Positions 57,511 through 64,000 of a stretch of 64,000 bases of DNA are shown here, one piece after another. The notes under the pieces are model-generated. The model had not been told where the DNA came from. It made no database searches and worked only from the letters and a program-made list of their open reading frames with translations. The DNA is from a virus (taxonomy: Duplodnaviria > Caudoviricetes), in IMG/VR virus record IMGVR_UViG_3300048606_000120, positions 32,001-96,000 of that record, one strand, 5' to 3'. The position numbers and the translations under genes are program-made. Numbering within the stretch: the stretch's first letter is position 1; each line of letters opens with the position of its first letter.

Positions 57511-58525
57511 TCGGACCATGGTCCTTGCTGACGGCAAGACTCGGGCGAACCCAGAGGTGATGCGCAAGGCGGCGAAGGTTCTTGGGGTAAAACTGCCGAG
57601 CGTTCGTGGGGCGAAGTCTGATCAAGAGTTGCTGGGAAACCTGCGATTGGAAGTCAGCAAGCGGGTTGCGAAGCTGGATGTAGGCGATCACGTCAAGTGT
57701 GGCGTCTGCGGCGAAGTGGCGACCGACGACACGCCGTACTGCCCGTTTTGCGGCGATGAAGGCACCACCGAAGAGGCAGCTGCAGCGGCAACCGGAGCAG
57801 CGATCGTGCCTGCCGCTGTGGGGGTGGGAATCGCCAAAACTCCTGTGCCGACCGCGAACGTCGAGGTCGCAACTGTGGTGCTCGCTCAGGACTTGGATGC
57901 TCTGCTCGAGAAGATCCGAGAGCTGAAGCACGCGCAAGTCAGCATGTCGTATGAGATCGGCGTGCTCTGCAGAGAGATTCGCGACAAGCAGCTTTACAAA
58001 GCGCGTGAGTACAAGAGCTTCAGTGCGTTCGCTGCCAAGGAGCTGCCCTTCGCGCGTGAATCTGCGTTGAGCCTGATCGCGATCGTCGAAAAGCACACGA
58101 AGGAGGATTACGACCGGATCGGCTACGCCAAGCTGCGGGTCATATTGGCCGTGAATGACGATGCGGCCAAGACTGAGCTGCTCAGCGCGGCTCGCGAGGG
58201 CGCTACCACGAAGCAGCTGACCGAGCGTGCAGCGCGAGCCAGCACGCCGCCGAAGAGGCTGTCATCCGGGCCCGAGAAGGAGAAGGGCGAGAAGATCACC
58301 CTCCTCGGCAGGATCGGCGCGCGCAATCAGGTGGTGCGCTTCCACGATCTGAAGACTCAAGAAGTCATCGAGTCGGTTGGCACGTTCAAAAACGTCTCGG
58401 CTGATGTTTACGGCGAGCTCGAGATCGCTGACGGTGTGTTCGTGCAGATCGGTTTGCGCGTGAGCGACGAGAAGGAGCTCAAGGGTTTGACGGTTCGGTT
58501 TGTCCGACCGACCGCTGACGAGTGA
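57383..58525 (+). CDS. Zinc-ribbon plus DUF3102/ParB-HTH-like DNA-binding protein
   Basis: CGVC...CPFC; YEIG...REIRDKQLYK...YKSF..F...EL; GYAKL; overlaps the end of the sigma ORF. Confidence 0.6.
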   Translation: MVKGRKKLMRTKAPPAPAAKKTSRPPAAVASKPPAPLTLVKGNRTMVLADGKTRANPEVMRKAAKVLGVKLPSVRGAKSDQELLGNLRLEVSKRVAKLDVGDHVKCGVCGEVATDDTPYCPFCGDEGTTEEAAAAATGAAIVPAAVGVGIAKTPVPTANVEVATVVLAQDLDALLEKIRELKHAQVSMSYEIGVLCREIRDKQLYKAREYKSFSAFAAKELPFARESALSLIAIVEKHTKEDYDRIGYAKLRVILAVNDDAAKTELLSAAREGATTKQLTERAARASTPPKRLSSGPEKEKGEKITLLGRIGARNQVVRFHDLKTQEVIESVGTFKNVSADVYGELEIADGVFVQIGLRVSDEKELKGLTVRFVRPTADE

Positions 58526-58536
58526 ACTACGTCTGA

Positions 58537-61278
58537 GTGGATCTCGTATCTGGCTGGTCTGACGACACGCACGTCTATCTCGTAGAGCGACCTGACGGCG
58601 GCGACGCGGTGAAGGTTCGAAGGATGCGGGCCAAGTGGTCTGCATTCTTCACCGGGCTCGACGACAAAGACCGTCTCGCACTGCAGCGGACGCGCGAGGT
58701 CATTGGACTGTCGACGCAGGGGCAGTACACCCGGGTCGACTTCCGAAACAAGTGGGCTCGCAAAGACATTTGCTGGAAGTTGGGTCAAGCGATCGAAGGA
58801 GCGCGCGCCGCCGGCGCTCTCGACGCTGCGATCCTCGAAGCAGACGTGAACCCGCTGCGTCGGTTTTTGAGCGACTACGGCACAGCGAACGTGTCGACGA
58901 GTCCTCGCTGCGCTTGGTTCGACCTGGAGACTGACAGCCGGCGGTCATTCCTCGATGCGACCGAGCACGGCACTGCAAGGATCCTGTGCTGGTCGATTGC
59001 GACGTTGGTAGACGGCGAGTCGCGCATGGTGGCGAGCGGGTTGCTCGAGGCAGACACAGACGAAGCCGAGCGTCGCTTGATCGAAGATTTTCTCGACGCG
59101 TGCCGCAGCTATGACGTGCTACTTGCGTGGTCTGGCGACGGGTTCGATTTTCCTGTGCTTGCGCTGCGCGCCGACAAGCTTCGAGCGAAGCAAGCGGGCA
59201 TGCGGCCCTTGTGGAACAGGTGGTGCTGGCTCGACTGCCTCGAGGTGTTCAAAAAGTACCACGCTCATGTGCACGAGTCGGGCGAGGAAAAGACGAGCTT
59301 CAAGCTCAACAACATCGCTCAGGTCCTGTGCGGCGAGGGCAAAAAGGAGTTCGCGGTCTCGCGCACCTGGGAGTCATGGGCTGCTGGTGGAGAGGAGCGA
59401 CAGCGCCTGTTGCTCTACAACCAGCAGGACACTCTGCTTATGCCGAAGATCGAGGCTCGAACTGGGTACGTAGCCCTGCACGTCGCTGTGTGCTCGGTCA
59501 CTCGGTGCTTCCCAGATAGCCGCTCGCTGATGGCGAGCCAGCAAGGGGATGGCTTCTTGCTGCGTCTCGGCGAGATTCACGGGCATCGCTGGCCGACGAA
59601 AAAGGGCGTGGAGAATGTAGAGCAGTACTCGGGCGCCTATGTGATGGAGCCGTCGAGGACCGGCATCATCGAGAACGTCCACGTCGCAGACTTCGCTGCG
59701 CTGTACCCGTCGATCATGCGTAGTTGGAACATCAGCCCAGAGACGGCGCTGTGGCAGCGCCAGCCTGATCCGCAGGAGGGTAGCTGTCGGCTGCCATACT
59801 CTGATCTTGTGCGCTTCTCGAAGGCAGCTCGGGGCATGTTTCCGCGGGCGCTTGATGATCTCGTTGTGAAGCGAGCCGAGTACTCTCGTCGGCAAGATGC
59901 GGCCGAGCCAGGCTCGGACGAGTGGGAGCGGTACAAGCGGTTGTCGGGGGCCTACAAGATCGTCGCCAACTCGTTCTACGGGATCATGGGCAGTCCCTAC
60001 GCCCGGTTCTTCAGTTCCACTGCTGCTGAGGCGGTGACGCAGACGGGGGCATGGTTGATCAAGCGAGTCGCAGCAGCGAGCAAGGAGAAGGGGCTCGATG
60101 CGTTCTACGGCGACACAGATTCTTGCTTTGTGAGCGGCGACAGTGGGCAGTTCGCCGAAGTTGTGCGAGGGCTGAACGAGTCATGGCGGCCGCTGTTGAC
60201 CGAGCTCGGCTGCGACGACTGTCACATCAAGCTTGAGTTCGAGAAGTCATTCAATCGGATCGTGCTCGTCAGTGCGAAGCGCTACATCGGGCGCTTCTCG
60301 ATTTACAAAGGCAAGCAGGTTTCCGGCAAGAAGGTCGAAGTCAAAGGTCTCGAGTACAAGCGCGGCGACACAATGCGCTTCGCGCGCACGATGCAGAAGG
60401 AGTTGATCGACTTGCTCCTAGGGGATGAGGTGCCATCGCTCGACGTGGTGCGCGAGTTCGTCGCGGGCTGGAAGGATCGTGTTCTGAACGGCGTGCTGAC
60501 GGTGGAGGACATCGTGCTGAGTCAGAGCGTCAAGGGGCTCGACGAATACGCTGAGCGCTACACGGTGGCTCAGTGCTCGGGCTCTTCGGGCACTGGCAAG
60601 AAGAAGCGGAAGTGTGGCTACAACTTCGGATCGACGGTTGTGGTGGGCCCTGGCAAGTGTCCGCGGTGCGGTACCGAGCGCAAGCAAGCGTCGCCTCCTG
60701 TGCATGTTCGGGTTGCCAAGGTACTTGAAGAGCGCGGCGAAGAGATCCGCGCAGGCACTCGAATCGAGTACTTGATCGTGAGCGACGAGGGTGATCGCAT
60801 CGATGCTGTTCCGGCTCGCGACGAAGGAGCTCTTGCCAAAATCAACCGGCACTACTACTGGAACTCGAGGATCTACCCGCCGACGGCGCGCGTGCTCGAG
60901 AGTGCATTTCCGAGTGAAGATTGGGTCGAAACCAAGGCTCAAAAGAAGGAGCGCCGAAAGCTCGCTGCGATCGAGAAGAACCGAGGTGTGTCGGGACCTT
61001 TGTTCGACTGGCTAGCTCGAACTGGCAGTGAGTCGAGTCGGGTCGTCATTACGATCGATCGCGACCTCGACGGCCAAATCGACATGGCTGCTCTCAAGAG
61101 CGTGTTGGTTGCTCGGCGTGGAGATCGGCCCGTCATGCTGAAGCTTGTCGATGCAAGCGGCGAACAGGAGTTGAACCTCATGCGCTACCCAGTGCAGCTT
61201 GACGACCAAACTATTTTGGAACTCGAGCGCATTTGTGGACGAGGTTCTGTGTCCTTCTCGACGTTGCGCGGCAACTAG
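58537..61278 (+). CDS. polB: Family B DNA polymerase
   Basis: Exonuclease motifs FDLETD, FDFP, YN.QD; polymerase motifs DFAALYPS, K..ANSFYG, YGDTDS; KRY, KGLE. Confidence 0.96.
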   Translation: MDLVSGWSDDTHVYLVERPDGGDAVKVRRMRAKWSAFFTGLDDKDRLALQRTREVIGLSTQGQYTRVDFRNKWARKDICWKLGQAIEGARAAGALDAAILEADVNPLRRFLSDYGTANVSTSPRCAWFDLETDSRRSFLDATEHGTARILCWSIATLVDGESRMVASGLLEADTDEAERRLIEDFLDACRSYDVLLAWSGDGFDFPVLALRADKLRAKQAGMRPLWNRWCWLDCLEVFKKYHAHVHESGEEKTSFKLNNIAQVLCGEGKKEFAVSRTWESWAAGGEERQRLLLYNQQDTLLMPKIEARTGYVALHVAVCSVTRCFPDSRSLMASQQGDGFLLRLGEIHGHRWPTKKGVENVEQYSGAYVMEPSRTGIIENVHVADFAALYPSIMRSWNISPETALWQRQPDPQEGSCRLPYSDLVRFSKAARGMFPRALDDLVVKRAEYSRRQDAAEPGSDEWERYKRLSGAYKIVANSFYGIMGSPYARFFSSTAAEAVTQTGAWLIKRVAAASKEKGLDAFYGDTDSCFVSGDSGQFAEVVRGLNESWRPLLTELGCDDCHIKLEFEKSFNRIVLVSAKRYIGRFSIYKGKQVSGKKVEVKGLEYKRGDTMRFARTMQKELIDLLLGDEVPSLDVVREFVAGWKDRVLNGVLTVEDIVLSQSVKGLDEYAERYTVAQCSGSSGTGKKKRKCGYNFGSTVVVGPGKCPRCGTERKQASPPVHVRVAKVLEERGEEIRAGTRIEYLIVSDEGDRIDAVPARDEGALAKINRHYYWNSRIYPPTARVLESAFPSEDWVETKAQKKERRKLAAIEKNRGVSGPLFDWLARTGSESSRVVITIDRDLDGQIDMAALKSVLVARRGDRPVMLKLVDASGEQELNLMRYPVQLDDQTILELERICGRGSVSFSTLRGN

Positions 61279-61284
61279 CTGTGC

Positions 61285-61917
61285 ATGATCCGCAGACGGA
61301 AGGTTTCAGGCAGCGCTGCTAATGCGCCAGATTCAGAAGCGACTCCCGACCCTGGAAGTGAGCGTTGGGCAGGCAATCCCGAAGAGCCGGCGGCGGCAGC
61401 AGTTGCTGACCCGGTAGCACAGAAGGACGACAGGCACCCGTTTCCGTGGGGCCTCGTTATCTCAGACGTCTTCAATCTGGAAGTTCACAAGCTGTTCAAG
61501 CAGCTCGAGCTGGAGCTGACGCTCGGCGATGGCGCCACCGAGTATGGGACTTTGCTGCATGCGGTCGACAAGAGCGCTCGCAACCTCTACGACGCAGCGC
61601 GCCTGTGTCGGAAAGCCAAGCTTGTCGACGAGCAGTTCGCAGAGGAGCTCGACAAGCGGCTCGAGGTGCTGCGTTCGTCGGCAGTGGCCGAGCTGGAGGA
61701 GGAGAAGCTAAAAGGCATGCGCTCCAAAGCTCCGACGATCAAAGACATCGATGATCGGATGCTCAAGAACTGGCCAGATGAGTACGGCGCGATCAAGTCC
61801 AGGAAGGCCGAGATGCACGGTGCTTTCCGTGCGCTGGAAGCGTTGGAAGGCGCCTGGCGTGATCGTTGCCAGTCGCTTCGGTCAATGGCTCAAGGGCACA
61901 GAACAGCGGGTGTTTGA
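61285..61917 (+). CDS. Hypothetical helical protein, possibly UvsY-like recombination mediator
   Basis: Coiled-coil with PT..DI.....EY......W..R...L pattern; near the SSB and RecA genes. Confidence 0.5.
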   Translation: MIRRRKVSGSAANAPDSEATPDPGSERWAGNPEEPAAAAVADPVAQKDDRHPFPWGLVISDVFNLEVHKLFKQLELELTLGDGATEYGTLLHAVDKSARNLYDAARLCRKAKLVDEQFAEELDKRLEVLRSSAVAELEEEKLKGMRSKAPTIKDIDDRMLKNWPDEYGAIKSRKAEMHGAFRALEALEGAWRDRCQSLRSMAQGHRTAGV

Positions 61918-61931
61918 GCGACAAAGGCACG

Positions 61932-62195
61932 ATGCGAATCAACGTCTACAGTCAGGAACTAACGAACGAAGTCAAACTCCTTGAAAAGGAGAGCAATACT
62001 GGGCTGGTTTACAGCGCGGTGCAGTTGATTTTGCATTCGTCTCCGACCCTCCATCATCCGCCTCAGGATGATGATCGGAGTGCGGTGACTATATGGCTAC
62101 CGAAGAGCGTGCAGCGCCGGGAAGAACTGGCCGACACGCTTCGCAGGATGGCGGTCATGGTGTTGTCAGCGCGCAACGAAACTGGACTGGATTGA
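61932..62195 (+). CDS. Hypothetical protein
   Basis: MRINVYSQEL...LHHPPQDDDRSAVT.W; in operon. Confidence 0.6.
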   Translation: MRINVYSQELTNEVKLLEKESNTGLVYSAVQLILHSSPTLHHPPQDDDRSAVTIWLPKSVQRREELADTLRRMAVMVLSARNETGLD

Positions 62196-62220
62196 CTCGG
62201 ACTACAAAAGCGAGGGCTGA

Positions 62221-63771
62221 ATGACGGCAGAAGCAGGGCTTGGGATCGCTGCGTTCTTGAAGCACAACAGCGACGCTGGCGGCGGCGGACAATGGCTTCG
62301 GCAGTGGCGCAAGAAGGGCGTCGGTGAGGTCACGATTTGGCTGCACACGCTAGCTCCGATCGTGCCGTGCTTCAGTCACTCGTTCATGTTCGAGGACGAG
62401 TACGAAGACAAGCAGACCGGCAAAACGACGCCGACTCTTCGTTACCCGCGCTTCGTTAGTCCGGATGCTGAGATCGTTCACCGAAATCAGTACTTCCGGA
62501 ACGACGACGGAACGATGCAAGTTCCTCCGGATCTAGACCCGTTCTTGCTGTTGCGTGAGTGGCTGCGTTTCGGCGCCGAGCACCTCAGTCTCGAAGAGCC
62601 GATTTTCAAGTGGCATGACGCAAAAGAGCGGCGTGATGTCGTGTGGGAGCGCGGCGAGCTAAGTGGGCTGGTCAAGCGCGGTCAGAAGAACTTTGGGCAT
62701 TCGCTCGACACAAAGCTTGAGTACATTTACGTCGTCGTCGACAACGATGCCGTGAGCGAAGGCCCTGTTTTGGCGCGTGAAGGGAAGCTCGTCAGCCAGA
62801 AGATTGGGGAAGTCATTAAGCAGCAACAGAAGCAGTGGGGCGACAAGCAAGGCGATCCGCTGCAGCACCCGTATGCATTCCAGCTAGTCGGCGAGGACGC
62901 GTCATCGCCGATGAACGCTTACAAAGCGTTCAAAGCAGAGCGGGCCGAGTTTACCGAAGAAGTTTGGGCGCAGATTTCGTGCGAAGACTTCCCAGATCCG
63001 TTGAAGCATGGGCAGCCGGTCGAAGGCGACATGGAGAAGCTTCGCGAGCTGTTCGAGCAAGCGGCGCAAGTGGAGCTGCCAATCGATCAGATCTTCTCGG
63101 ACGATCCCGCAGTGCGACGCGATCTGACGCGAAACACAGGCGGCAATCGGCCAGCGCCACGAGCATCGAAAGCGTCGGCGACAAAGGTTGCTGCTCCGAC
63201 TCAAGCTCAGCGTCCTCCAGTTCCGCAGCGAGGCGGAAAGCCAGCGGCTGCAGCAGCTCCTCAGACGAACACTGGTGCGCCTCAGGTGCGCCGCAAGAAG
63301 GTCGATAAGCCGGCTGAGCCGCCGCCTCCAGAAGTGGAGGTCATTCCTTGCGCTGATTGTGGCAAGGACATGCTTGCAACAGACACGAAGTGTTCGTCGT
63401 GCGGCGCAGAGTACGAGCTGATCGTCGACGAAGCACAAGCGGCGGTTGCAGTACCAACGCTGCCGGCTGCGAATGCGAACGGGAAGCCGAGTACAAGCAC
63501 GAAGCCAAAGTCGGCGGCAGCGCCTAAGCCGATTCCTGCAGCGTCGCCGTCCTCGAGGCAGCCGTCCTTGCCGCACACCGATTCGGCGCAAAAGGAAGTT
63601 GTAGCCAACTGCTGGTCGTGTGGAGCTTTGCTCAACGGCAAAGACAACTGCCCGTCGTGCGGCATCGAGCAAGGAGATGATCTTCCGTTCATTTTCAACG
63701 AGTGTGAAAGCCAACTCAGCGGCATCGGGGAGCGATGGAACTCCAAGCTCACTGCTCGTCAAATCATCTGA
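62221..63771 (+). CDS. Probable single-stranded DNA-binding protein with C-terminal zinc ribbons
   Basis: Aromatic-rich N-terminal domain, Pro/Ala linkers, four CxxC motifs, GDDLPF near the C-terminus; lies between PolB and RecA. Confidence 0.6.
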   Translation: MTAEAGLGIAAFLKHNSDAGGGGQWLRQWRKKGVGEVTIWLHTLAPIVPCFSHSFMFEDEYEDKQTGKTTPTLRYPRFVSPDAEIVHRNQYFRNDDGTMQVPPDLDPFLLLREWLRFGAEHLSLEEPIFKWHDAKERRDVVWERGELSGLVKRGQKNFGHSLDTKLEYIYVVVDNDAVSEGPVLAREGKLVSQKIGEVIKQQQKQWGDKQGDPLQHPYAFQLVGEDASSPMNAYKAFKAERAEFTEEVWAQISCEDFPDPLKHGQPVEGDMEKLRELFEQAAQVELPIDQIFSDDPAVRRDLTRNTGGNRPAPRASKASATKVAAPTQAQRPPVPQRGGKPAAAAAPQTNTGAPQVRRKKVDKPAEPPPPEVEVIPCADCGKDMLATDTKCSSCGAEYELIVDEAQAAVAVPTLPAANANGKPSTSTKPKSAAAPKPIPAASPSSRQPSLPHTDSAQKEVVANCWSCGALLNGKDNCPSCGIEQGDDLPFIFNECESQLSGIGERWNSKLTARQII

Positions 63772-63772
63772 A

Positions 63773-64000
63773 ATGCCAAAGCTTCGAAAAAAAGTGGCAG
63801 CTGTAGCTGACCCTGTGGAGCGCGATGCTGTTCCGTTGCCGCTGCGTCGGGCTATGCCGCTTCCGAAGAACTGGCAGCGAGCCGATGAAGCTCTCGATAA
63901 GATCGAGTCAGTCTCGACGATCTTCCCAGACTTCAATCGAGCAACGCGATGCGGCGGGCTGCCGGTCAATCGGATGCATACCGTACATGGACCTACACAT
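63773..64000 (+). CDS. recA: RecA/UvsX-like recombinase, 3'-truncated by the window edge
   Basis: Manual translation: ...VSTIFPDFNRATRCGGLPVNRMHTVHGPTH, the region preceding and entering Walker A. Confidence 0.7.
   Translation, partial: MPKLRKKVAAVADPVERDAVPLPLRRAMPLPKNWQRADEALDKIESVSTIFPDFNRATRCGGLPVNRMHTVHGPTH

Larger units (their letters stand above)
1..64000 (+). mobile_element. Segment of a tailed bacteriophage (contractile tail) genome or prophage
   Basis: Portal, protease, capsid, sheath, tube, tape measure, baseplate, amidase and phage-type replication genes in syntenic order; no host housekeeping genes or attachment site visible. Confidence 0.97.

Noticed and set aside
1-64000. Apparent abundance of TCGA and CGATCG words as the modification target
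   Set aside because: This is a visual impression only. It could follow from codon usage and needs a Markov-corrected k-mer count that I cannot run.

Overview
The window is a contiguous, GC-rich segment of a tailed phage genome with a contractile tail (myovirus-type). Nearly all genes are on the + strand. Order: (1) <1-3665, a four-gene DNA-modification cluster: C5-cytosine methyltransferase-fold enzyme, uracil-DNA-glycosylase-fold protein, asparagine-synthetase-B-like amidotransferase, and CmoA-like carboxy-SAM synthase. (2) 3963-17000, a PBSX/XkdE-F-G-like head module: intein-containing portal, MuF fused to a kinase-like domain, protease, scaffold(s), capsid and neck. (3) 17000-46300, tail sheath, tube, chaperones, tape measure, baseplate, fibres and an embedded lysis cassette. 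(4) A hairpin-rich non-coding block at about 47690-48010. (5) 48044->64000, a replication module: MazG-like protein, SF2 helicase, DnaB, primase, intein-containing UvrD, sigma-like factor, family-B polymerase, SSB-like protein and the start of RecA. The best candidate for a new system is the first cluster. The methyltransferase has Arg in place of the motif X Asn (GRSV instead of GNSV) and lies next to a Cx-SAM synthase and a glutamine amidotransferase. This predicts cytosine carboxymethylation followed by amidation to 5-carbamoylmethylcytosine. Other notable signals are eight dispersed copies of the palindrome AGTTGTAACCTCGAGGTTACAACT, a MuF-kinase with a possible immunity gene, and a PolB with a DnaE-like C-terminal domain. 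All family assignments come from reading motifs by eye; no database searches were run. No terminase, integrase, tRNA, rRNA or CRISPR array was seen.
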